A DNA stretch of 64,000 bases from assembly GCA_030390025.1 (NCBI GenBank), contig CM059432.1, forward strand, positions 90,274,001 to 90,338,000, in the 5' to 3' direction. The DNA is from Squalus acanthias (lineage: Eukaryota). The translations under genes were made by a program, and so were the position numbers. The notes under the pieces are model-generated. The model was not told the origin of the DNA. It ran no database searches and worked only from the letters and a program-made list of their open reading frames with translations. Position 1 is the stretch's first letter. The number at the start of each line of letters is the position of its first letter. Positions 49,519 through 60,799 of the stretch are shown in pieces.

Positions 49519-49829
49519 TCTTTATTCCTTCCTATGTTACTCCCACCTCCACAATCCTTCAACTGTCATCTTTGCAGTGTTCCTTTTAATAGCTTGAAAT
49601 AGACCCATGCGTGTCATCATCAGGCCTGCTCCCACTAATTGGTCGGGAGACCTGGAAGTCAGTTGCAAATGCAGTGGCTGGATTAAAAAGCCACTGACAG
49701 ATGCGCTGCAGCTACTTCCGGGTTTCCCGCGCGCTACTGGAAACCTGCCCCCACCCCCCGCCCCTGCTCCTAGTACGTCGGCAGGTAAATATTCCGGCCT
49801 TGCACCAATGTCCCAACCTGTACCTCAGT

Positions 49830-51083
49830 TTCATAAAAAGAGACCCTCCTCTTCTTCCATCTCTTCCTCAGGATCTTTAGACCGATGAACCTATTTCTCA
49901 TCCTACTATATGATTATTCCTCTCCAATTGGCAAAATTGTGCATGTTGCAGCAAACTTTGGCTGGAGTGCATAGCAGGACCTCACCTGTGCAGTCCAAGC
50001 AACATAATCATTGCTTCAGCATTCTTATGGTGTGCTCAATAGTAACTTGGGTGGTGGCATTGGCGTCATGATACCTGTGTGCTACTGCTGTGTGAGGATT
50101 TCTAATTGGGGTCATCGGTCATGGTACAAAGAGTAGCCCTGGTCTCCCACTAGACATCCATTCAGTCTGTGGGGACCCTCAAGTAATGCAGGAAGGTGGA
50201 CTTCTATTTAATAAAAACATCATGCTTGCTCCCTGGATAATGCGCATTAATATGAAGAGATTCCAATTTCTGCAGTCTGTAACCACGTACACATTAATTG
50301 AGTGGTTACCCTTCCTGTACAGTTATGCATTCGGGTTAATGTATGGAGCCTGAATGGCCACATGGATCATGTCTATAAATCCCTGGACTCTTTGAAAGGC
50401 TCGTATGATGTAATAACTTTGTGCCCTTTCCAGTTGGTATCTCTTTTCCACTGGGAAACTGATGAAGGTGTTTCACCTGGCAAACATAATGTTAGTCAAT
50501 TCGCTTAGCAAACTAAAGGCTTCAGTTAAAAAGCAGAAATATAGAAGGAAATAAAATTATGCAAGACATTCAATGGATCAGGGGGTACAATTTGGAGTGA
50601 GGCTAATGTCCCTATTGGCCATGATACAAAATTCTAATGGGTGGAGGGGGGAGGTGGGTAGGGTATTTCTTCCGCCCTTCCCCCTCCATCTTGATGTTAT
50701 TATAAGCGGTGGGACTGGCAGGATGACGTCCCCTGAATAATGATGGCACACTTGCTGTACAAGAGGCATAAGTTGACCTGAAATGCTGTTTCCCAAAAGC
50801 AGTCTCACAGTGATCGACTGCTGTTCGGAAAGTGGCAACTACAGGAAGGATCGTTTCTGAGCCAAAAATTCTCTCTATGACCAGACAGGCCTCCTTAGCC
50901 CGATTGATGTTGTTCCAAAATTCTGTATTGGCCTTCCCTCTGGTGGGACAGAGCACAAGTGGTGCCATAAATGGCCCTCTTTATGTTAATGAGCCCATCC
51001 CCAGGATTTAGGACTAGGGCAGCTGGAAGTCCCATACTGCTGCACTTCTGGCACCTCTGTGACCCATCAGGAATTTCTAACCC
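49830..51083 (-). pseudogene. Old Harbinger transposase remnant and terminus
   Basis: GCLVGDQGY, TPIRNPH, VIEHTIRMLK and CCNMHN remnants. End GAATTTCTAACCC. Confidence 0.6.
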
Positions 51084-51125
51084 TGTGCTTTTTTTAAAAC
51101 TCGCTTACTGACCAGGTAGCACAGT

Positions 51126-51886
51126 GGGCCAAACATTCGGCACTTGCCGGGTGAGTACGCGCTGTGTACTCACCCGTAAGGCCTACTGAAGTGCCGGTTT
51201 CCTGCATGCACTGTGCATGCGCGGGAAACCGGAACTTCCGGTTTCGTGAAGGGAGTGGTTCAGAGGTGAACCACGTGTGCGGGAGAGGCTGCGCGCACGC
51301 AGCGAACTTAGGTTTTTTTCAGGTTTCTCCGGGAAGGTAAGTATTGAAGAAGCTGCGCTTTTAAAAAGGAGGCGCAAGACCCGTTATTAACAAGGTAAGT
51401 GGTTAATTAATTACAATTTAAAAATTTTTTCAACAGCTTTATCTTTTTTAGATACTTTAAAGAAAGGTAAGTTTATTTTTAGCACTGTTAAAAAGTATTT
51501 TAAATTTTTCAAAAATTAAAATTTTTGTTTAAAGTAGTTAATTTATTTAACTTCTAGTTATTTTAAAAATGTGATGTTTTTTTTTAAGTTTATTTGAAGT
51601 TTAGGTGTTGTTTTGGGGCCGATTTCAATTCATAGATTTGACAGGTCCTGTCAAATCTATGAATGAAAGATGGTCTGCTGCCATTGGCTCTCCATGGCCC
51701 ACGTGATCCCAGGGGACGCATTGCACTAACTACGCCCCTGGGATACACAAGCACTGCGCGCCGGCAGCTGCAGGAGGCCCAGGAGCTGAAGTCCCCGTGG
51801 GCCCAGAGGTCAACGGCAGGCGCGGTAGGTAGGTGCACGCGGGATCCTTGCACCCGCAGGAAGCCAGGGAGCCTAATTTCTGGGCC
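51126..51886 (+). mobile_element. Harbinger-type MITE (~760 bp), family also at 56162-56926
   Basis: Ends GGGCCAAACATTC / AATTTCTGGGCC, flanks AGT/ATT. Inverted homologue at 56162-56926. Confidence 0.9.
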
Positions 51887-52007
51887 ATTAAATTTAGTGG
51901 TAGTAATGGAATAAGAGCTTCTGCATATAGCCACTCAGTTGCCAATCAAGCTGTAGATGCAATTTTGAAGCTATAGCCATTCAAACCCTGTCCAGTTTGG
52001 AAATTAT

Positions 52008-52135
52008 GGCCGAAAAATTCCTCGGAGCTGCTCCTGCTCTGCCGATGTTAATTCACATGTGTAAACAGATTTCCGCCGCACTTTCGGTGAAGTAACAGCA
52101 GCAGATTGGGAGAGGCTCCGAGGAATTTCCCGGCC
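52008..52135. mobile_element. 128-bp Harbinger-type MITE
   Basis: ~21-bp TIR GGCCGAAAAATTCCTCGGAGC / GCTCCGAGGAATTTCCCGGCC, flanks TAT/TAC. Confidence 0.8.
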
Positions 52136-53785
52136 TACATACATTCTTTGTGCAATGCTGCCGAACTTGCATTATCATAAGTCATAATATCACATCATTT
52201 TATACAACATTATGTGGCTAATAAAATAGTCGGTAAATCCTTGTTATCTTACATAAATGGGGACTATAATTTAAAACAGCTGTTTCTTACTCCCTTTGAC
52301 GACTCTGCCAGTCAAAATAAGAACAAAGAACTGAGCACGCAACATTACTAGTGAGGTGGAAAAAATGTGGTCTGACAACACACAAAATACTTGCTGTGAA
52401 CCTACACTTCAAAAAAAATGCAACCTCAATGACAAAAAATGAGAATAATAAACAAAGAGAGTTACCTTATTTTACTAACACTTAGAATAGAAATTCATTG
52501 TCATTGTGCCCTTTTTACAAGCGTAAAATGAGAGCAACAATGACCAATTTAGCAGTGGGGCAGCTTTTGTGCCCGGGCCACTGCTAAATTCATCAGGGCC
52601 TTTTTTTAGGCAGCCCTGGCAACTGCCTGAAACAAGTGTAGGCCTTATTTCAATAAGGGTCCTCCACCTGTTTCAGGACTCATCTACAAAATTTGTCTGC
52701 CTGGAGCATGGACATGGTCTACAAGCGGCCCAAGCAGTGGTTCTTAAAGGGACTGCTGGAAGCCGCCAGCAAAAATTTAAGTATTATTTTCATATCACAG
52801 CACTATTGCAGGTCATTGCCGACCCGCACTTGGCTCCACTCCCATTCGCCTCTCTCCCCAGGACTTACCTGAGGGCCATTGGCGACGAGGCAAGTGGTCC
52901 AAATTGGATTGGGCCATAGGGGTGAGCTCCCTCTGAAGCCATTACAGGTGCCGGTAGCTCGCTCCAACTATTAGGACGGTCCTCAGGCCTCCCGTTTCTG
53001 GTGCATGCTGGAAACACATCATCAGTTATGCACCCAAAAACTGGCCATAACAAATTTAGCCCCATTTTCTACACAAACAGCTCTGTAGTTCAACCACCTA
53101 CTTTTCTTTTACTTCCTTTCACCAATTTTTCAAGGCTCCACTGGTAGCAGACACAATGAAGAAAGCATGCCCCCAATTTCGCTTACCTGATTTGCCAATT
53201 AGTAATTTGGGGTCAAAGAATGGGGCCATGCTACCGGCATGCACAGACCTCCTTTCAACTTCAGGTGAGATTATGCCCACAGTCTGCACAACACCCATAT
53301 GAACTGGGTGTTTGGAAGTCCTGGGACTAGGCTTGCTAAAGCAAGGTTGTTAAAGGGAAACAATAGTTCTAGTAGCTGGTAAAAACTTTTTTTTTATTGT
53401 TTTGCTGCATCTTGTTCAATGGATTAGTTGATTTATTTTGTGAATTTTGTATTTCTTTTCCTGCTGCTGGCATTTAAATTGCACCATACAAAACGCTGAG
53501 TTGTTCCTTTGGGGTTTTGGACATGCTGCATGATTTAGATTAAGAACAGGAGCTCATAAGGGCTAACAGATGTAGGCATAACAAACACCTGAGGCATTTG
53601 AAGATTAAATCTAAGAGATTTAAGGGGGAAAAACTTTTTTTTCTATAGAGAAGGTAATGCAGCTAGGGAAGGCCCTACTGCAATTAGTGACTGCAATGGA
53701 ACTGAATATCAGGTGCAGCGTATAACGGGGCGGCCGATCCGATACAGCCCATTTTGCGCCACCGTCCGAGACGAATTTCTAGGCC

Positions 53786-54016
53786 GTTGACTTTCAGATG
53801 AGAAGTTAAACTGAGGCCCTGCTTACTCAGGTGGACATAAAAGATCCCTGGCACTATTTACAGGAAGTGTCCCGGCCAACATTTATCCCTTCAACCAGCA
53901 TCATTAGAAACAAATTATCTGCCCATATTACAACAGTGACTATTCTTAAAAAGCACTTGATTGATTGTGAAGTGCTTTGGAATGTCCTGAGGATGTGAAA
54001 TGCTCCATATAAATGG
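53786..54016 (+). mobile_element. DeuSINE-like SINE fragment
   Basis: CTTTCAGATGAGA..TTAAAC..GGTGGACATAAAAGATCCC..GGCACTATT..GGCCAACATTTATCCC with an L2-type tail. Confidence 0.65.
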
Positions 54017-54499
54017 CACGCTGGATTTAATATCTAATCAATTTATGCCTATATTTTCAAGAGGAAAAGCTGCACACAATATAAGGCAGAAGAATGCAAC
54101 TGGAGGAAGCACAGTCAATACCCATGAGGTAACCCCATTTGAAAAGAAAACCCTCTAAATTCAGGGCAAATATTTGGAAGAGGAGCCAGAAGATAGGAAA
54201 GCAAGAGCTTACACTCAGTGAACGGTTGGTCAAACATTGATCATTCAGAATCAATATTGAAAGTAGCATCATTCTAAAAGAATAAATTATGCAATTGCTC
54301 AATTGTAACTTTGTAGTGCCCTCTAAAGGTCTCAGAAGTCCTCATCATTAAACCTTCCAATGACAAGACCCAGCCTTTCACATACCCAATCTCCCAGCAT
54401 CTCACCAACAACCCTGTCACACACTCCATAACTACCAAGCTGCAGCTCAAACTCCATACATCCTTGGGAAATAGCGAGTGAGTTTTAGGGTAGCACAGC

Positions 54500-55620
54500 T
54501 GGTGAAGCACAAGTGAGCAAGAGTAAGTGAGGAGGTGGAGGAGGAAGAGGCAGCTCCTGATCAGAGTGTGAGGGCGCATCTCCCTGTAGCTGTTGGCAAC
54601 AGGGATCCAGATCTGCAGGTCCTAATTTCAAATGATAAATGCTTTGAGAGCACAAAAGTTGCTCCAGTCATTGCAGGATGCGCTGAGTGGCTTCTGACAC
54701 AAAGCAGTAAGCATGATGGAGTCCACCACCAGCATGCATGCGGTTGTTATGCAAGGCATTGAGAGTATGTCGTCAATCTCAGAACAAGTGACAGCTCTGG
54801 ACCATCTGGAGCGAAACCCCGGACATGTCCCCACCTTCAAGTGACTGCTGAAGCAACTGAGAGGAGGCAGGCCAGACTTCTACCACCCCAGAGGATGGGT
54901 TGCAGCCAGAAGCAGGCCTCTCTGGGGAAAGTGCATATGCAAATTGAGGCACTTCGCTCCCAGGAGCTTTCATCTGAAACCTGGCCTGGTTCCTGCTGTA
55001 GTGGAGGCACTCAGGAGAAGCATGAGAAAAAGAAAAAGAGCAGACAGACACCAAGTTTTACGAGTGCTAGGCACCATGTAAGGAAATGTAGAGGTAGGCT
55101 CACTTGTACTTTTTCTGCTTATAAATATTGATGTAGCAGTTCAATTATTTTTCTCCAGCTTGTATGTGTTTCCATGCTGATGTCATGACTGCTGTTGTAG
55201 CATTTGGGTGATGGTTTTTGTGGAGGGTTGAAATGTTGCTGTGGGGACCAGGATCAGATGCATTAGATGGGTCAACGAGGTGGAAGGTTTGAATGCAATT
55301 GGAAGGGTGCTGATCTTCAGGAGAATGCCTCGATTATTACAGTTTGCCTTGTAGCATTATCACACTCCTTAGGCTCGCCTGTATCCTCTGCAAGCTCGTC
55401 AGTCTCTTCATCTGAGGACTGGTTTTTGCTCCCTCAGGTGAAGGCCCCAGGCAATTGCAAAGTTGTGTGGGATACAGCGTGTCACTGTGATCTGAGATAC
55501 CTTGATGGGACTGTATTGAAAACCTGCTCCTGAGCAGTCCATGCAGAGGAACCACTCTGAGATTAGAGTAATTGAGTGCCAATCTTACTGTCCATATTGG
55601 CCATGGAGATATAAGAAGAG
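54500..55620. mobile_element. Decayed Harbinger interior (Myb C-terminus on +, transposase C-terminus on -)
   Basis: Convergent remnants with an acidic transposase tail and the same layout as the other copies. Heavily degraded. Confidence 0.4.
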
Positions 55621-56161
55621 TTCTGATGTCCAATCCCAATTGTGATTAAAATGAAACAGAAAAAGGAGGCTTATGGTAAATGTCAGGTTCATAATTCAGT
55701 AGAGAACTAAGCTGAATACAGAATGTGCAGAGGAGAACTGAAAAAGGAAATAAGAGGGGCTAAGAGAATGTATGAGAAAAAATTAGCAGGTAACATAAAA
55801 GGGAACACGAAAGTCTTTTATAAACTTATAAAGAGTAAAAGGATAGTCAAAGGAAGGGTGGGACTGATTAGAGATCAAAAAGGAAACCTTCTTGTGGAGG
55901 CAGAGGGCATAGCTGAGGTACTAATTGAATAACAACCGAAAACGCTGGAAAAACTCAGCAGGCCAGGCAGCATCCGTGGAGAGAGAAACAGAGTTAACGT
56001 TTCAGGTCGAAGATCCTTTGTCAGAACTGGCAAAAAGCAGGAAATGAAATAGATTTAAAGCAAGTATAATGCTGGGAAAAGGGGGAGGGGATGAAAGAAC
56101 AAAAGGGAAGGTCAGTGGTTGTATAGAAGGCAGGAGAGATTAAGAGACATTGGGAGACATT

Positions 56162-56926
56162 GGCCCTGAAATTCGCCTCTCCGGCTTGCCGCGGGGGTAA
56201 GGATCGCGCGCGCACTTACCTACCACGCCTGCCATTGTGTTTTGGGCCCACGGGAACTTCAGCTCCTGAGCCTGCTCCAAGTGCCGGCGCACAGTGCTTG
56301 CGTGTCCCAGGGGCGTAGTTAGTGCGATGCGTCCCCTGGGATCACGTGGGCCATGGAGAGCCAATGGCAGCAGACCATCTTTCATTCATAGATTTGACAG
56401 GAAGACCTGTCAAATCTGTAAATTGAAATCGGCCCCAAAAGAACAGCTAAACTTAAAATAATTTTTTTTTAAAACCATCACATTTATAAAATAACTATAA
56501 GTTAAATAAATTAATACTTTAAACAAAAATTTAAATTTTTGAAAAAATTAAAAAACTTTTTAACAGTGCTAAAAATAAACTTACCTTTCTTTAAAGTATC
56601 TAAAAAAGATAAACCTGTTGAAAAAAATTTAAAACTATAATTAATTAACCACTTACCTTGTTGAAAACGGGTCCTGCGCCTCCTTTTTAAATGTGCAGGT
56701 TCTTCAATACTTACCCTCCCGTAGAAACCTGAAAAAAAAACTAAGTTTGCTGCGTGCGCACAGCCTCTACCGCGCACGCAGTTCACCTCTGAACCGCTCC
56801 CTTCACCAGACCGGAAGTTCCGGTTTCCCGCGCATGCGCAGTGCATGCAGGAAACCAGCATTTCAGGACGCCTTACGGGTGAGTACACAGTCTGTACTCA
56901 CCCGGGAAGGGCCGAATTTTTGGCCC
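56162..56926 (-). mobile_element. Harbinger-type MITE with ATT TSD
   Basis: TSD ATT (56159-56161, 56927-56929). The empty site is visible in the opposite Penelope arm (~57270). Confidence 0.92.
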
Positions 56927-57405
56927 ATTAAGAGATATTCAAGGCAAGAGGAGGTGGTAATGTGGCAGGTTGAGGCTAGATGAAGTGTGAAATGCGCTGG
57001 CAGAATGAAGCTCGAGGAACAGCACCTCATCTTTCGTTTAGGCACGCTACAGCCCTCTGGACTCAACATAGAGTTCAACAATTTCAGATCATAACCACGG
57101 CCCCTATCACATATATATATATATTTTATTTTTTCATCCACCCTTTTGTTTGGCCCCTTTTTTTCTTCCCTCCCTTAAGCTGGCAGCTGTCCTTCATTCC
57201 GCCAGCGCATTTCACACTTCATCTAGCCTCAACCTGTCACATTACCACCTCCTCTTGCCTTGAATAACTCTTAATGTCTCTCAATGTCTCTTAATCTCTC
57301 CTGCCTTCTATACTATCACTGACCTTCCCTTTTGTTCTTTCATCCCCTCCCCCTTTTCCCAGCATTATACTTGCTTTAAATCTATTTCATTTCCTGCTTT
57401 TTGCC

Positions 57406-57442
57406 AGTTCTGATGAAGGATCTTCAACCTGAAACGTTAACT
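57406..57442 (+). ncRNA. Minimal type I hammerhead ribozyme motif
   Basis: AGTT-CTGATGA-AGG-atcttcaa-CCT-GAAA-CG-TT-AACT. The mirror copy at ~55992-56028 (-) has the core altered to CTGACAA. Confidence 0.8.
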
Positions 57443-58764
57443 CTGTTTCTCTCTCCACGGATGCTGCCTGGCCTGCTGAGTTTTTCCAGCGTTTTCTGTT
57501 GTTATTTCGTATTTCCAGCATCCACAGCATTTTGCGATCGTACTAATTGAATACTTTGCAACTGTCTTCACAAAACAGGAGGTACTTGCCAATGTCAAAG
57601 GGGCTAGAGAAATTGGTTAGGATAAAATAAAGAGGAGGTACTAAAAAGGTTAAGAGTGCTCAAAGTAGTAAAGTCACCCGGTCCGGATGAACGCATCCTG
57701 GGTTGCTGAGGGAAGTAAGGGTGGAAATTGCAGAGGCTCTGGCCACAATCTTCCAATCCTCCTTAGATATGGGAGTGGTGCCAGAGGACCAGAGGATTGC
57801 AAATGTTACACCTCTGTTCAAAAAAGGGGAGAGGGATAAACCAGGTAACTATAGGCGACTCAGCCTAACGTCGGTGGTGGGGAAATTTCCAGAGACCATA
57901 AGCCAGAATGACATTAATTGTCACTTGGAAGAACATGGGTTAATAAATGACAGCTGGCATGGATTTGTTAAAGGCAAATCGTGTCTAACAAATTGAGTTT
58001 ATTAATGAAATAACAGCAAGGGTTGATGAGGGTAGTGCAGTTGATGTGTATATGCACTTCAAAAGGCATTTCATAAAGTGCCACATAATAGACTTGTTAG
58101 CAAAATCGAAGCCCATGGGATTAAAGAGGCAGTGGCAGCATGGAGACAAAATTGGATAAGAGACAGAAAGGAGAGGGTAGTGGTGAACAGTTGTTTATCA
58201 GACTGGAGAAAAGTATACAGTGGTGTTCCCCAGGGGTCGGAATTAGGACCACTGCTCTTTTTGATATATATTAATGACCTGAACTTGGGTATAGTAGGAA
58301 AATTTCAAAGTTTTCAGCTGATACAGAACTTGGAAATGTGTGTAAATCGTGAGGAGGATAGTAACAGAGTTCAGGAGGACATAGACAGACAGATGAAATG
58401 GGCAGACACATGGCCGATGAAATTTAACGCAGAGAAGTGTGAAGTGATGCATTTTGGGAGGAAGAATGAGGAGCGGCAATATAAACTAAATGGTACAATT
58501 TTAAAGGGGGTGCAGAAACAGATACCTGGGGGCTTTGCATAAACAAATCTTTGATGGTGGCAGGACAAGTTGAGTAGGCTGTTAAAAAAGCTGTGGTATT
58601 TTTCGCTTTATACATAGAAATAGACGCCAATATTAATTTGAAGATGGCTTCCGTGCTGTGGAGGGGTGGAGGGGGGGTGGAAATATGTGGGGGAAAACCA
58701 GATGTCAACTGAGCCGGTCGGGATCTTCGACCTCAACTCAACTGAACCAGCATGATATAGACAG

Positions 58765-60700
58765 GGCGAAGTGATCCCACAATCAACAGATCAGATCAAA
58801 GCTTTGCAGTCCTGCCACATCCAGTCGTGAATGGTGGTGGACCATTAAACAACTAACGGGAGGAGGAGACTCCATGAATATCCCCAACTTCAATGATGGT
58901 GGAGTCCAGCACGCGAGTGCAAAAGGCAAGGTTGAAGCGTTTGCAACCATCTTCAGCCAGAAGTGCCGAGTGGATGATCCATATCGGCCTCCTCCTGAGG
59001 TCCCCACCATCACAGCAGCCAGTCTTCAGCCAATTCAATTCACTCCACGTGATATCAAGAAATGGCTCAGCGCACTGGATACAACAAAGGCCCTGACAAC
59101 ATCCCGGCTATCGTGCTGAAGACTTATGCTCCAGAATTAGCCGCACCTCTAGCCAAGCTGTTCCAGTATAGCTACAACACTGGCATCTATCCGACAATGT
59201 GGAAAACTGCCCAGGTATGTCCTGTCCACAAAAAGCAGGACAAATCCAATCCGGCCAATTACCGCCCCATCAGTCTACTTTCAATCATCAGCAAAGTGAT
59301 GGAAGGTGTCATCAACAGTGCTATCAAGCGGCACTTACTCTCTAATAACCTGCTCACTGATGCCCAGTTTGGATTCCACCAAGACCACTCGGCTCCCGAC
59401 CTCATTACAGCCTTGGTCCAAACATGGACAAAGGAGCTGAATTCCAGAGGTGAGGTGAGAGTGACTGCCCTTGACATCAAGGCAGCATTTGACCGAGTGT
59501 GGCATCAAGAAGCCCTAGTAAAACTGAAGTCAATGGGAATCGGGGGGGAAAACTCTCCACTGGCTGGAGTCATACCTAGCACAAAGGAAGATGGTTGTGG
59601 TGATTGGAGGTCAATCATCACAGCCCCAGGACATCGCTGCAAGAGTTCCTCAGGGCAGTGTCCTAGGCCCAACCATCTTCAGCTGCTTCATCAATGACCT
59701 TCCCTCCAACATAACAACAACAACAACTTGTATTTATATAGCGCCTTAACGTAGTAAAACGCCCCAAGGTGCAGGTCAGAAATGGGGATGTTCGCTGATG
59801 ACTGCACAGTGTTCAGCGCCATTCACAACTCCTCAGATAATGAAGCACTCCATGACCGCATGCAACAAGACTTGGACGACGTTTAGGCTTGGGCTGATAA
59901 GTGGCAGGTAACATTCGCGCCACAGAAGTGCTAGGCACTGACTATCTCCAACAAGCGAGAGCCTAACCACCGCCCCTTGACATTCAATGGCATTACCATC
60001 GCCAGATCCCCCACCATCAACATCCTGGGGGTCACCATTGACCAGAAACTTAACTGGACCAGCCACATAAATACTGTGGCAACAAGAGCAGGTTAGAGGC
60101 TAAGAATTCTGCATTGAGCGTCTAACCTCATGACTCCCCAAAGCCTTTCCACCATCTACAAGGCACAAGTAAGGAGTGTGATGGCATACTCTCCACTTGC
60201 CTGGATGAGTGCAGCTCCAACAACACTCAAGAAACTCGACACCATCCAGGACAAAGCAGCCCGCTTTATTGGCACCCCATCCACCACCTTAAATATTCAC
60301 TCCCTCCACCACCAGCGTACCGTGGCTGCAGTGTGTACCATCTACAAGATGTACTGCAGCAACTCGCCAAGGCTTCTTCGGCAACACCTCCAAAACCTGC
60401 GACCTCTTCCACCTAGAAGGACAAGGGCAGCAGACACATGGGAACACCACCACCTCCAAGTTCCCCTCCAAGTCACACACCATCCTGACATAGAAGTATA
60501 TCGCCAATCCTTCATCGTCGCTGGGCCAAAATCCAGGAACTCCCTCCCTAATAGCACAGTGGGAGTACCTTCACCACATGGACTGCAGCGGTTCAAGAAG
60601 GCGGCTCACCACCACCTTCTCAAGGGCAATTAGGGATGGGCAATAAATGCTGGCCTTGCCAGCGAGACCAACATCTCATAAACAAATAAAAAATAAATAA
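58765..60700 (+). mobile_element. LINE family 2, 5'-truncated, with an inverted L2-type tail fragment at ~59714-59772
   Basis: ORFs 59062-59697 and 60130-60633 (HHHLLKGN*). Tail AAATAAAAAATAAATAA. Confidence 0.95.
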
Positions 60701-60799
60701 TTTTGTCTTCCGGGTTTCCTGTTTCCAAGCTGTGCAGCAGGTGTATCTCAGCTGTATTTAAAGGGACAGTCTACAAATTTAAATTGAAGGTGTTCAGGG

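Larger units (their letters stand above)
31366..49799. mobile_element. Harbinger copy 3, expanded to ~18 kb by nested insertions
   Basis: Ends GGGGGGAATTTTAAC (31366) and GGTAAATATTCCGGCC (49799), imperfect TIR. Transposase on + (31920-33020, resuming at 35564). Myb gene on - (exon 1 49518-49283, exon 2 from 42064, exon 3 ~36600-35932). Confidence 0.7.
55932..57539 (+). mobile_element. 5'-truncated Penelope with long inverted terminal copy and 14-bp TSD
   Basis: TSD GTACTAATTGAATA (55918-55931, 57540-57553). 55932-56161 plus 56927-57010 is the reverse complement of ~57192-57505. The centre encodes KLEEQHLIFRLGTLQPSGLNIEFNNFRS* (GIY-YIG C-terminus). Confidence 0.9.
55640..58620 (+). mobile_element. 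CR1 ORF2 fragment interrupted by Penelope plus MITE
   Basis: NIKGNTKVFYK, KPGNYRRLSLTS, GVPQGSELGPLLF, KFNAEKCEVMHFG. Confidence 0.9.
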
